This document shows positions 42,661-53,477 of a DNA stretch of 64,000 nt, piece after piece (positions within the stretch are counted from its first letter, which is position 1; every line of letters begins with the position of its first letter). The translations under genes were made by a program, and so were the position numbers. The notes below the pieces were generated by a model. That model searched no databases. It was given only the letters and a program-made list of their open reading frames with translations, and was not told the origin of the DNA. This DNA is from an uncultured Chloroflexia bacterium (GTDB lineage: Bacteria; Chloroflexota; Dehalococcoidia; DSTF01; JALHUB01), in the NCBI GenBank assembly GCA_963763495.1, contig CAVXOY010000019.1, positions 64,211 through 128,210 of the forward strand, read 5' to 3'.

Positions 42661-43797
42661 ATGCCAAGATTGACGCAGACGGCAACACCCAAACAGACCG
42701 TAGAGTTCGTTGTCTCGGTCCCGCTGGATCTGATGAATGCCCTCTACTTCACCCACCTGGCAGCCGACGCGGAGGGCATCGACGGCTGGCCCAAGCAGGT
42801 CCGCACCGAGATGGACCCTGCCCTGCTAGCGGAGACCGATTTCCTCTACACCTTCCCGAAGGGTCAACCGGGCGTCATGGGTACGATGGGAGACCGCCTG
42901 TTTGCCCACCGGGAGACCTGGCAGGACGTGGACTCGCTTGTCCGCTTCGTGCGCCAGTTGCCGCTGGGCATCGGCGAATGGCCCGAGCGGCCGGGAATCC
43001 AGGGACTCGCTTTCTGCAGCATCCATTCACTCTTCGACTGCGGCGATCTCGACATCAGTTCGCTTGAGGATGTCAGAGGAGCGCTACGAGATATCCTGCA
43101 GAAAGAAGGCCTCGACGCCGGCGCCGTGCTGGCCGTCTACGACCGGCCGGAAGAACTGCGGGAGCGGATGGCCCGCCTAATCGAGCGGTTTTACGAAGAG
43201 CACTATCGCCACGACCTGCCGCAGCGCCTACCCTGCATGGAGCGCAGCGTCGCCGCCCACAGGGGTTCGTCCGAGCCAGACGTCATCCAGCTCGCTCGCA
43301 AGCTGACGGGCAGGCAGACGTCGTGCCTCGAGGATGTCTGTCCCGGACCGTACGATGAGCTCATATTCGCGCCCTCACTCGACATGGGCCCCTACACCTC
43401 ATGCGCGGAGGTCGGCAAGATACACGGCCTCTTCTACCCGTGTGAATCGGAGTACGCCGACGGTGTGCCCCCGGAGGAGGCGGAGCAAACGCGGCGAATG
43501 GCGCGCGTCTACAAGGCGCTGAGCGACGAGCAGCGGCTGCGCATCCTGCACCTGCTGCGAGATGGTGAGATGTACGCTCAAGAGATCGTGGAGCGTACAG
43601 GGCTCAACCAGTCCGTCATTTCGCGCCACCTCACTTTCATGAGCGCCGTAGGACTGGTGAAGTCGCGACGCCAAAACAACATGAAGTTCTTCTCGATCAA
43701 CCCCTCTGTCTCGGAGGAGCTGAGAAGGGCGTTGGAGCTGTTTGTCCCCGGCTCGGCAGAGGCCGCGGGGACGCCCCGGCAGGGAGGAGGGTCATAA
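42661..43797 (+). CDS. ArsR/SmtB-family transcriptional regulator with about 270-aa Cys-rich N-terminal domain of unknown function
   Basis: C-terminal wHTH: VYKALSDEQRLRILHLLRDGEMYAQEIVERTGLNQSVISRHLTFMSAVGLVKSRRQNNMKFFSI. No canonical ELCVCD or alpha5 His/Asp metal site. The N-terminal domain is unassigned. Confidence 0.8.
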   Translation: MPRLTQTATPKQTVEFVVSVPLDLMNALYFTHLAADAEGIDGWPKQVRTEMDPALLAETDFLYTFPKGQPGVMGTMGDRLFAHRETWQDVDSLVRFVRQLPLGIGEWPERPGIQGLAFCSIHSLFDCGDLDISSLEDVRGALRDILQKEGLDAGAVLAVYDRPEELRERMARLIERFYEEHYRHDLPQRLPCMERSVAAHRGSSEPDVIQLARKLTGRQTSCLEDVCPGPYDELIFAPSLDMGPYTSCAEVGKIHGLFYPCESEYADGVPPEEAEQTRRMARVYKALSDEQRLRILHLLRDGEMYAQEIVERTGLNQSVISRHLTFMSAVGLVKSRRQNNMKFFSINPSVSEELRRALELFVPGSAEAAGTPRQGGGS

Positions 43798-44114
43798 TGC
43801 TGCACGACATCTATGTACGGGAGAAGCTTAGAGAGATTGGCCGACCTATCGGCGAGCCGCCGCGGCCGCCTCTGGCGGTTGATGACGCCTCCGGAGCTGA
43901 TCCTTCTGGCACGCTCCATGGGCGGGCTGCTCTGCCGGGTGGGCGAACGACTGCAGTCGCTTGGAGCGCCGGCCGAACGCAGGCCGCAGGGCGCCCGACT
44001 AAGGGAGCCCGGCTAGGGGCTGGCCAAGCCACAACAGCAAGACACGACGGGGAGGGCTACGGCCCTCCTCTTACATTTCGTGGATCGAAAGGCCGTCCAG
44101 GACGAGGAAGAGGG

Positions 44115-44840
44115 CTAGGCTGAGGTGGGGCGCTTGGGGATGCGGCGGCGGCGCATGCGGGCGAGGCCGCGCAGGTCCTCGGAGACAGTGGACTGGATGT
44201 TGACGCGCGTGTCGGGGTCCTCGACCCAGCGGACGGGTATCTCCTTGATCCGGTAGCCACCCTTGTCGGCGAGGATGAGAAGCTCGGTGTCGAAGAACCA
44301 CTCCTCGTTCTCGATGAGGGGAATAAGCTCCTGGGCGGCCTGACGGCTGATCCCCTTGAAGCCGCACTGGGCATCGACGAAGTGGGTGAAGAAGAGGGCG
44401 CGGATGAGGACGTTGTAGGTGCGGGAGATGAACTCGCGGCGGAAGGAGCGGGTGGTCTGAGCGCCCTTCTTGAGCCGCGAGCCGATCGCCACGTCGTAGC
44501 CCTCGTCGGCGATGGCAGCGACGAGCGGCGGGAAGAAGGATAGGTCGGTGGAGAGGTCGACGTCCATGTAGGTGAGGACGTCGGCGTCGCTGCCCAGCCA
44601 GGCGGCGCGGAGGGCACGCCCCCGTCCCTTCTGAGGGATATGCAAGGGAGACACGTCCCCGTGCTCCTCGGCCATGCGCTGGGCGACGGCAAGGGTGCCG
44701 TCCGTCGAGGCGTTGTCGGCGACGACGATGCGCCAGTCGTGGGGCAGGTTATTGTCGAGGAAGGCCCGGAGCCTGGCCACGCTCTGCGCCAGGACGTGCT
44801 CCTCGTTGTAGACCGGTATCACAACGTCAACGGTGGCCAT
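44115..44840 (-). CDS. family-2 glycosyltransferase (polyprenyl-phosphate sugar synthase-like)
   Basis: VDVVIPVYNEE...ADNASTDGT...DVDLSTD...CGFKG: GT2 / Dpm1-like motifs. Confidence 0.85.
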   Translation of the reverse strand: MATVDVVIPVYNEEHVLAQSVARLRAFLDNNLPHDWRIVVADNASTDGTLAVAQRMAEEHGDVSPLHIPQKGRGRALRAAWLGSDADVLTYMDVDLSTDLSFFPPLVAAIADEGYDVAIGSRLKKGAQTTRSFRREFISRTYNVLIRALFFTHFVDAQCGFKGISRQAAQELIPLIENEEWFFDTELLILADKGGYRIKEIPVRWVEDPDTRVNIQSTVSEDLRGLARMRRRRIPKRPTSA

Positions 44841-44864
44841 CGCGGTTTCCTTTTCTAGCGTCTC

Positions 44865-45975
44865 TCAGGCGCCCAGAGTATCCCGCAAGCGGCGCGCCAG
44901 TCGCAAGGGGTCGCCGGCGATGACGCTGGCGCCGTAAAGCTCCATCGCGCCGATGTCGCTGGTGCGGCTGCCGGGGTCGCCGCGGTCGACGAGGTAGACG
45001 GCGACAGGAAAGCCGCTCCAGTCCTCCTCGACGGGGGCGAGCGGCGGCATATGGAACGCAAGGTTGAAGGAGGAGACGCCGAGGCGGTCGCGGTAGCAGG
45101 CGAGGAGGTCGTAAAGGGTGTCGATCAACTCCGGGCCGACCTGGGGAGCGATGAGAATCGCCTCGTTCTCTTTGACCGGCGTCAGGCTGGCCAGTACCTT
45201 CACTTCTCCCCTCTGAAAGCCGCAGCCGACCGAGGCGTGGGCCTGATAGAGGTCGTCGAAGTAGCTGCTGCCATGCTCGGTCGCGATAGGAGAGGGCGAG
45301 CCGCCGGAGCTGCTCCACCGCCGGATAGTGCGCCCCCCGGCCGAGCAGGGCCTGGGCGTGGCCGTGAACGAGGGAGGCGCCGGCCCGCCAGAGGCAGTTC
45401 CATATGAAGAGGAAGTACTTGGCGGAAGGATCGCTGCGATGGGCCGTCTCCGCCCAGCGGAAGGCGGTATCGACGTAATCGTGGAGCATCTCGCGGTTGA
45501 AGTTGAGAGGGTTGAGCGCCTTGAAGACGATGACGGCGTGCAGGCCGTCGCACTTGGCGACGTTGGACGCGGTGACGCAGAAGCGGCCCTCGACGCGGCC
45601 GAAGGTGTCGGCGGGAGTGCCGGAGTAGGGGTCGGCGAGCGGGTCTTCCACCGCGGGGCCGAACTCCTTCTCCAGGCCGGCAGAGGCATCTGCGCCTTCG
45701 CTGCCGGCCCAGTGAGGGCGGCGAGAGCGCAGGGGATTGAAGAGGGCGCCGCGACCGGTCACGAGGTTGGTGACGCGCACGACCGTCTGCTCCAGGGTAG
45801 CGTCGACGCTGCCGAAGTAGCGCTCGATCCAGGGGCGCATGGCGTCGGGCGGGACGATACGGCCCTCGGTGACGTCGACGCGGAAGATGCGCTGGAAGAC
45901 GGCCTTTTCGGACGCAGGGAGGCGCTCCACGATGTGGGGCAGGTCTGCGATCCCGGTGTCTTCGGTTGAGGGCAT
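44865..45975 (-). CDS. GalT-like (HIT-superfamily) nucleotidyltransferase-family protein, one frameshift near 45285 as sequenced
   Basis: LFNPLRSRRPHW and SLVHGHAQAL (HxHxQ-type) lie in ORF 44827..45975. The sequence continues in ORF 44865..45689 from TEHGSSYFDDLYQAH... to ...LARRLRDTLGA. Confidence 0.5.
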
Positions 45976-46033
45976 GGCGGGAATAGTGTATCTGGTTGGC
46001 CTACGTCAGACCAGCGGGCACGAGCCGTCGTGC

Positions 46034-47563
<1,530 letters not shown>

Positions 47564-47597
47564 ACGGTTTCTAGAATGACCCCCTCTTCAATGGAGA

Positions 47598-48647
47598 TTA
47601 TGCCAAGATCACCCGGTCCTGACCGGTCTGGGGCACCACCTGCCCCACAACCATCACTTCGGGGAGGAGGGACTTCACGGCGTCGACGGCGGCGGGGTCG
47701 CAGACCAGCACCAGACCCAGTCCCATGTTGAAGACGCGGTACATCTCCTCCTCGCTAACGTTACCCTCTCGCTGGATCAGCGTAAAGAGCGGCGGCACCC
47801 GCCAGCTCTTCTTGTCGAAGCGGGCGGCGAGGCCGTCGGGAATGACACGCGGCACGTTGTCGATGAGGCCGCCGCCGGTGATGTGGGCGATCCCCTTGAG
47901 GTGCGGCAGCAGCGGCTTGACCTCGCGGTAGTAGCAGCGATGAGGGACGAGCAGGGCCTCGCCCAGGGTCACTCCCAGATCGGGGTAGGTGCGGTAGAGA
48001 GCGGCCCGCTCCGCCTCGGGGTCGCCGCCGCGGCCGATGTTGAAGACCTGGCGGACGAGCGAGTAGCCGTTGGTGTGGAGGCCGCTGGAGGCGAGACCCA
48101 GCAGCACGTCACCCGCCGCGATGCGCGAGCCGTCGATGATCCGGTCGCGCTCGACGACGCCGACGATGAAGCCGACGAGGTCGAAGGCGCCGGGGCCGTA
48201 GAGGTCGGGCATGTCCGCCGTCTCGCCGCCGATGAGGGCGCAGCCGGCGTCGCGGCAGGCGGCGGCCATACCGCTCACGATCGCCAGCCTCTGCTCCTCC
48301 GTCAGGTCGCTGCTGGCGAGGTAGTCGAGGAAGAAGAGGGGCTCGGCGCCGGTGGTGAAGATGTCGTTGACACAGTGGTTGACGAGGTCGACGCCGATGG
48401 TGTCGTAGCGGCCCATGGCGGCGGCGACGTTGAGCTTGGTGCCGACGCCGTCGGCGCTGGACACGAGGACGGGATCGCGGTAGCCGGCGAGACGGAAGAG
48501 AGAGGCGAAGGGCCCGACGCCCGCCAGCACTTCCGGCCGGCTGGTCGAACGGGCGAGCGCTTTGATGCGAGAGGCGAGCCGCTGGCCGGCGTCTATGTCG
48601 ACGCCCGCTTGGGCATAGGCAGATTGACGTTCGCGTGTTTCATCCAT
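47598..48647 (-). CDS. purM: phosphoribosylformylglycinamidine cyclo-ligase (AIR synthetase)
   Basis: YAQAGVDIDAG...DGVGTK...GGETA. I prefer ATG 48647 (MDETRER); the track ORF starts at TTG 48668. Confidence 0.94.
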   Translation of the reverse strand: MDETRERQSAYAQAGVDIDAGQRLASRIKALARSTSRPEVLAGVGPFASLFRLAGYRDPVLVSSADGVGTKLNVAAAMGRYDTIGVDLVNHCVNDIFTTGAEPLFFLDYLASSDLTEEQRLAIVSGMAAACRDAGCALIGGETADMPDLYGPGAFDLVGFIVGVVERDRIIDGSRIAAGDVLLGLASSGLHTNGYSLVRQVFNIGRGGDPEAERAALYRTYPDLGVTLGEALLVPHRCYYREVKPLLPHLKGIAHITGGGLIDNVPRVIPDGLAARFDKKSWRVPPLFTLIQREGNVSEEEMYRVFNMGLGLVLVCDPAAVDAVKSLLPEVMVVGQVVPQTGQDRVILA

Positions 48648-48700
48648 AAGGAGAGGACAGACTCCCAAGAACTAGGCCAGGTGTTCCGTCGCCGGTTGGG

Positions 48701-50161
48701 CTAACTGGAGGACGGCGCGGGTACGCTCTCCACCCACTCGAGATCGTGGCGGTCGCGCGCGTCGAGCGGCGCCTCCAGGGCCAGCTTGTCCATCTGAAGC
48801 GGGACATCAAGCGGGTAGGAGCCGCTGAAGCAGGCGAGACAGAACGTCTCCCGCGGCAGGCCGACCGACTCGACCAGACCATCGAGGCTGAGATAGCCGA
48901 GGCTGTCGGCGTCGATATGCTCTCGTATCTCTTCCACCGTCTTCTGGGCAGCGATAAGCTCCCAGCGGGCGGCCATGTCTACACCTAAGAAACAGGGATG
49001 GGTGATCGGCGGGGAGGTGATCCGCATGTGGACCTCCCGCGCGCCCGCCCGGCGCAGCATCCGGACGACGCGGGGTGTGGTCGTCCCGCGGACGATGCTG
49101 TCGTCGACCACGACGACGCGCTGCCCGCTCAGTATCTCGGGCAGGGGGTTGAACTTCAGTTGAACGCCGACGTCGCGGATGCGCTGGTCGGGCATGATGA
49201 AGGTGCGGCCCACGTAGCGGTTCTTGACCAGCCCCTCGACGAAGGGGATGCCGGACTCCTGGGAATAGCCGATGGCGGCGGCGGTGGCGGAGTCGGGCAC
49301 GCCGATGACCACGTCGGCGTCCACCGGGTACTCGCGGGCAAGACGGGCGCCCATCGCCATGCGCACCGGATAGAGAAGCTTGCCCCGGATAGTGCTATCG
49401 GGGCGGGCGAAATAGATGTACTCGAAGATGCAGAAGGCGCTTCCCCTGTTCTCCAGGGGGAAGAAGCTGTGGACGCCGGAGCCGTCGATCTGGACGACCT
49501 CGCCGGGCTCAACCTCGCGGAGGAAGGTGGCGCCGAGGTGGTCGAAGGCGCAGCTCTCGGAGGCGACGGCCCAGCCGCCGTTGAAGCGGCCGAGGCAGAG
49601 GGGTCGCACGCCGAGGGGGTCGCGCACCGCCAGCAGCTCGTCCGGCGTGAGGACGACGAGGCTGTAGGCGCCCTGGACACGGCGCATCATGTGGGCAAAG
49701 CGCTCCTCCCAGGTACGGCCGGGGGCATGGGCGAGGATGCGGGCCATCACCTCGGAGTCGGTGGTGGTGGTGAACTCGTGCCCCTCCTCCTCAAGGTCGG
49801 CGCGCAGGAGATCGGCGTTGACAAGGTTGCCGTTGTGAGCGAGGGCGAGCTGGCCGTTGGGGCCTTGAACGCGGAAGGGCTGGGCGTTCTTGATACGGCT
49901 GGAGCCGGTGGTGGAGTAGCGGTTGTGGCCTATCGCGATGTCGCCGGGGAGGTGGCGAAGGTCTTCCTCATCGAAGACCTGGGAGACGAGACCCATTCCG
50001 AGGTGGAGGTGAATGCCGTGTCCGTCGGCTGTGGCTATACCTGCGCTCTCCTGCCCTCTGTGCTGGAGCGCATAGAGTCCGTAGAAAGCGACCCGGGCGA
50101 CGTCTTCGCCGGGAGCATAGACTCCGAAGACGCCGCAATATTCCCGGGGGCTGGACAGCAC
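48701..50161 (-). CDS. purF: amidophosphoribosyltransferase
   Basis: CGVFGVYAP (Ntn Cys after a short propeptide), RGQESAGI, DDSIVRGTT. I prefer the GTG start at 50161, preceded by AGGAGG; the track ORF extends to 50266. Confidence 0.93.
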   Translation of the reverse strand: MLSSPREYCGVFGVYAPGEDVARVAFYGLYALQHRGQESAGIATADGHGIHLHLGMGLVSQVFDEEDLRHLPGDIAIGHNRYSTTGSSRIKNAQPFRVQGPNGQLALAHNGNLVNADLLRADLEEEGHEFTTTTDSEVMARILAHAPGRTWEERFAHMMRRVQGAYSLVVLTPDELLAVRDPLGVRPLCLGRFNGGWAVASESCAFDHLGATFLREVEPGEVVQIDGSGVHSFFPLENRGSAFCIFEYIYFARPDSTIRGKLLYPVRMAMGARLAREYPVDADVVIGVPDSATAAAIGYSQESGIPFVEGLVKNRYVGRTFIMPDQRIRDVGVQLKFNPLPEILSGQRVVVVDDSIVRGTTTPRVVRMLRRAGAREVHMRITSPPITHPCFLGVDMAARWELIAAQKTVEEIREHIDADSLGYLSLDGLVESVGLPRETFCLACFSGSYPLDVPLQMDKLALEAPLDARDRHDLEWVESVPAPSSS

Positions 50162-50279
50162 GCGTACCTCCTGCCCTAGAGCAGTCGCATCCCCGTCAAC
50201 GAAAACCACGAGAATGATAATCCCGCCGGTCGGAGCGCGCAAGGCAAGCGACCGGCAGATCATCACTCCTTACACTCCA

Positions 50280-50308
50280 ATTCTATCATCGGCCAAGGAG
50301 AGGGTCAA
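50280..50308 (-). promoter_or_regulatory. candidate sigma70-like promoter of the purF-purM-purH operon
   Basis: On the minus strand: TTGACC (50308-50303), a 17-nt spacer, then TAGAAT (50285-50280). Confidence 0.5.
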
Positions 50309-50342
50309 TTTGAGAGGGCGGCCCAGGCGGATCGCCTGGACG

Positions 50343-51296
50343 CTAGGCATGCGGGCCGTGGGGCTCAGCCATGCCGTTGGGCGAGAGGGTGCAGTGGAGG
50401 GCGTTGGGGTCGCACACGTCGGTCTCCATCTGGATCGTGCTGTGGCCGATGGCAAAGCGTTCGGACAGCAGCTCGTTCACGCGCTCGAGGAGGAGACAGG
50501 CCTGAGCGATTGTCTGGTCCTCGACGAGAAGATGGCAACTCAGGGCATGGATGCTGGGCGTGATCGACCAGACGTGGAGGTCATGCATCCCCCGGACACC
50601 GGGGACGCGGCCCATCTCTCGCACCAGCTCATCGATATCGATGTGGGCAGGCGAGGCCTCGAGGAAGATGGAGGCGGCCTCGCGGATTATTCCTACGGCC
50701 CCGACAAGAATGATGACGCCGATGACGACGCTGATCAGGGGGTCCATCCAGAGCCAGCCGGCGGCAACGACGGCGACGGCCGCCACCAAGACCCCCACCG
50801 AGCCCAGGAGGTCGCCGAGGACATGAAGGAAGGCGCTGCGGACGTTAAGGCTGTGGCGGCTCTCCTCATGGAGCACCCAGGCGACGACAAGGTTGACGAG
50901 GCCACCGGCGAGCGCCATCGCCAGGAGAAGCGTCCCTTTCACCTCCGGCGGCTCGCCCAGACGGCCTGCCGCCTCGATGAAGATGACGACGGCGACGGCA
51001 ACCACGGCGACGGCGTTGACGACGGCGACGAGGATGCCGACACGGTGATAGCCGAAGGTCATGCGACCGCTGGCGGCGCGGCCCGACTGGTGCACGGCGA
51101 TCCAGCTCAGGCCGAGGGCGAAGAGGTCGGCGAGCACGTGACCGGCGTCGGAGAGGAGGGCCAGGCTGTTGGCGAGGAGGCCGGTGACCACCTCCGCGAC
51201 GAGGATGATGACGGTCAAGAAGAGGGCAATCTGGAGCTTCTTCGCCGCGGGGGGAACGATCAGGAGATGCTCCGGGTGCATGACAGCGCCGCGCAT
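50343..51296 (-). CDS. czcD: cation diffusion facilitator (CzcD/ZitB-like) metal efflux transporter
   Basis: LLANSLALLSDAGHVLADL, SAFLHVLGDLLGSVGV and HDLHVWSI are CDF signatures. Start is at ATG 51296 or 51281. The upstream part of track ORF 50343..51638 overlaps the GT2 gene and looks non-coding. Confidence 0.88.
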   Translation of the reverse strand: MRGAVMHPEHLLIVPPAAKKLQIALFLTVIILVAEVVTGLLANSLALLSDAGHVLADLFALGLSWIAVHQSGRAASGRMTFGYHRVGILVAVVNAVAVVAVAVVIFIEAAGRLGEPPEVKGTLLLAMALAGGLVNLVVAWVLHEESRHSLNVRSAFLHVLGDLLGSVGVLVAAVAVVAAGWLWMDPLISVVIGVIILVGAVGIIREAASIFLEASPAHIDIDELVREMGRVPGVRGMHDLHVWSITPSIHALSCHLLVEDQTIAQACLLLERVNELLSERFAIGHSTIQMETDVCDPNALHCTLSPNGMAEPHGPHA

Positions 51297-52078
51297 ACTA
51301 GCCTGCTTTCCCCTCGGCACCTCACCCGCCGGTGAAGAAAGCGAATGCGGAGCAGGTCCCAGAGAACCTTGAAGGCTGTGCGCAGGCTGACCCGCAGGGT
51401 CGAGCCCTCCACGTGTTGCCAGCGGACGGGTATCTGAGTCACCGTCATCCCATAGCGCCGGGCCAGATAGAGGATCTCGGCGTCGAATGACCAGCCGGAG
51501 AGCCGCTGGGCGGCGAAGATGCGCTGCGCCGCCTCCCGTCGAAAGCCCTTTAGGGGACACTGGGTGTCCTCGATGTCGGGCAGGAGGAGACGCCTGCGGA
51601 AGAAGGTGAAGACCTTTCCCATCAGGCGCCGGTGCCACGGTTGGGAGCGGCGCATATCGTAGCCACCGGGCTGGACGCGTGAGCCTATCGCCACGTCCGC
51701 CTTGTCGCGGAGGGCAGCGACGATCCCTTCGGAGTCTTCGAGAGGGGTCGCCAAGTCGACATCGATGAAGATGACCAACTCGCCTTCGGCGGCCAGACAG
51801 CCGGTCTTTACGGCGGCGCCTTTGCCCTGGTTGTGATGATGGGATAGGAGGCGGAGCTGCACGCTCTCGGGCATGGAGGCGGCCCAGCTTTCGGCCACCT
51901 CGCCGGTGGCGTCGGCGCTGCCGTCGTCGACGACGATGACCTCACAGGGGTAGTCGCGGCCGCCCAGGTAGTCGGCCAGCTTGCGCAAGGAAGCGCCGAG
52001 GCGCTGCTCCTCGTTGTAGGCAGGCAGCACCAGGGAGAGATAAGGACGGTCGGTTGCGGTAGGCTCGTCTCGGGCCAC
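51260..52078 (-). CDS. family-2 glycosyltransferase (dolichyl/polyprenyl-phosphate glucosyl/mannosyl-transferase-like)
   Basis: LSLVLPAYNEE...VVDDGSADAT...DVDLATP...CPLKGF. Confidence 0.85.
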   Translation of the reverse strand: MARDEPTATDRPYLSLVLPAYNEEQRLGASLRKLADYLGGRDYPCEVIVVDDGSADATGEVAESWAASMPESVQLRLLSHHHNQGKGAAVKTGCLAAEGELVIFIDVDLATPLEDSEGIVAALRDKADVAIGSRVQPGGYDMRRSQPWHRRLMGKVFTFFRRRLLLPDIEDTQCPLKGFRREAAQRIFAAQRLSGWSFDAEILYLARRYGMTVTQIPVRWQHVEGSTLRVSLRTAFKVLWDLLRIRFLHRRVRCRGESRLVCAALSCTRSIS

Positions 52079-52260
52079 GACCTACCCTCGCTGAATCAGA
52101 GCCCGCTTCCGGCGGCAATAGAATCGCACAGACTTCACATTTCATTATAGGAAGGGTTTCGCGGCGGCGTCTACACCGGGCTCGGGATGGGGCTACCCGG
52201 CCGGCCACCGATCGGATTCGGATGCGTACCCCCTTCACAAGCGGGAGCAATCTGGCGACA

Positions 52261-52289
52261 TTGACACCAGAGGGGGTGCGCCGTACAAT
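52261..52289 (+). promoter_or_regulatory. near-consensus sigma70-like promoter
   Basis: TTGACA (52261-52266), a 17-nt spacer, then TACAAT (52284-52289), 48 nt upstream of the Trm112-like gene. Confidence 0.55.
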
Positions 52290-52337
52290 GGGCCGTACGT
52301 CTAAGCGAGATTATGGCTTGCTGAGGAGCGTTGGATC

Positions 52338-52535
52338 GTGCGAAAGGACTTGATGGACATCCTGGCCTGCCCGATGTGCAAGGGCAGCCTTGAGCTGACG
52401 ATTGAGAAGGAAGAAGGGGACGACGTGATCGAGGGTAGCCTCTTCTGCGCCAAGTGCAACGAGACCTACCCCATCAACGAGAGCATCCCCAACCTGCTGC
52501 CGCCGGAGTTGCGCAAAGCCCAGCAACAGGGCTAG
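52338..52535 (+). CDS. Trm112/UPF0434-family zinc-ribbon protein
   Basis: LMDILACPMCKGSL...LFCAKCNETYPINESIPNLL. Confidence 0.85.
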   Translation: MRKDLMDILACPMCKGSLELTIEKEEGDDVIEGSLFCAKCNETYPINESIPNLLPPELRKAQQQG

Positions 52536-52623
52536 CGCTCCGGAGCGGGCAGCACCCGAGTCGAACCGAGCCGCCGGTGTCCCAGCCGGCGCACCAATGT
52601 AACCTTCGGAGGTCAATAAGAGG

Positions 52624-52857
52624 ATGGAGAGGACACAGCTTTTCGGTATGCTCATCATAGCGGGCACGGCGTTGGAGATGATGCTCTTTCTCTGGGGGAT
52701 CGTGCGCCGGAGCTACATGGCGGTGGCGCTCCCCGTTCTGGGGGCGATGGCAGCGCTCAACCTTCTGACCCTCTGGGTGGGCTGGACGATGCTCACCACC
52801 GAGGCAGAGATGCCGGAGGAGGGCCTGGAGTTGGAGCCGGAGGAGACGGACGTCTAG
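52624..52857 (+). CDS. small two-helix membrane protein, acidic C-terminus
   Basis: 77 aa with LFGMLIIAGTALEMMLFLWGIV and AVALPVLGAMAALNLLTLWVGW. No family recognised. Confidence 0.4.
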   Translation: MERTQLFGMLIIAGTALEMMLFLWGIVRRSYMAVALPVLGAMAALNLLTLWVGWTMLTTEAEMPEEGLELEPEETDV

Positions 52858-52951
52858 GCAGGTGTCCCAACCTACCGGACTTATCTAAAGACTCGCCTTA
52901 GCGGGCCGCCGAAACAGGGGCGGCCCTTTTCTTTCCCCAATGCCGTGGGGT

Positions 52952-53470
52952 CTACTCGTTCTCCCAACCCGGCGGCTCTATCCTCCTCACCCCCGCCAGG
53001 GCAGCGTCGCCGAGGGCCGACAGCAGTTCTCTCATGGGCTTCCCCAGCACGGGGTGCGCCAGGTCGGGGGCAAGCTCCGCCAGGGGCACGAGGACGAAGG
53101 CCCGCTCCGCCAGCAAGGGATGGGGAATGACAAGGTCTTCTTGCTCCAACACCCGGTCGCCGTAGAGGAGGATGTCGAGGTCGATGAGTCGCGGCCCCCA
53201 GCGCGGCCCGGGACGGCGGCCGATCGCGAACTCGATCTCCTTGAGGTGACGGAGGAGGGCCTCCGGTTCCAGCGCCGTGACGATCCGGCAGACGGCGTTG
53301 TAGAAGGGGGGCTGCTCCTCTTCGCCGACCGGCGCCGTCTCGTACAGGGATGAGACTTCCTCCGGCCGCGCCAAGGGGCTCAGGCGGCGGAGGGCTTCCC
53401 TCAGATTGGCGGCGCGATCACCGAGATTGGAGCCAAGCCCCAGATAGACCGCGGGCGATTCGTTCGACAT
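52952..53470 (-). CDS. folK: 2-amino-4-hydroxy-6-hydroxymethyldihydropteridine diphosphokinase
   Basis: VYLGLGSNLGDR...PRLIDLDILLYG...IPHP. Confidence 0.92.
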   Translation of the reverse strand: MSNESPAVYLGLGSNLGDRAANLREALRRLSPLARPEEVSSLYETAPVGEEEQPPFYNAVCRIVTALEPEALLRHLKEIEFAIGRRPGPRWGPRLIDLDILLYGDRVLEQEDLVIPHPLLAERAFVLVPLAELAPDLAHPVLGKPMRELLSALGDAALAGVRRIEPPGWENE

Positions 53471-53477
53471 GGCGGCC

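Noticed and set aside
43797-44123. A 108-codon ORF overlapping the ArsR stop (ATAATG), translating as MLHDIYVREKLREIGRPIGEPP... then Ala/Gly/Arg-rich. An alternative frame (43813..44016) contains ...PPELILLARSMGGLLCRVGERLQ.
   Set aside because: There is no recognisable domain and the composition looks non-coding after the first roughly 25 codons. It may be a short coupled peptide or another frameshifted gene, but I cannot support either.
50312-50340. The string CCGCCTGGGC on the minus strand resembles the conserved 3' element of ZTP (pfl) riboswitches, and lies upstream of purF.
   Set aside because: It lies upstream of the predicted purF promoter, directly after the czcD stop. It is simply the 3' arm of a perfect hairpin CCAGGCG-atc-CGCCTGG, a likely czcD terminator. 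No ZTP 5' subdomain is present.
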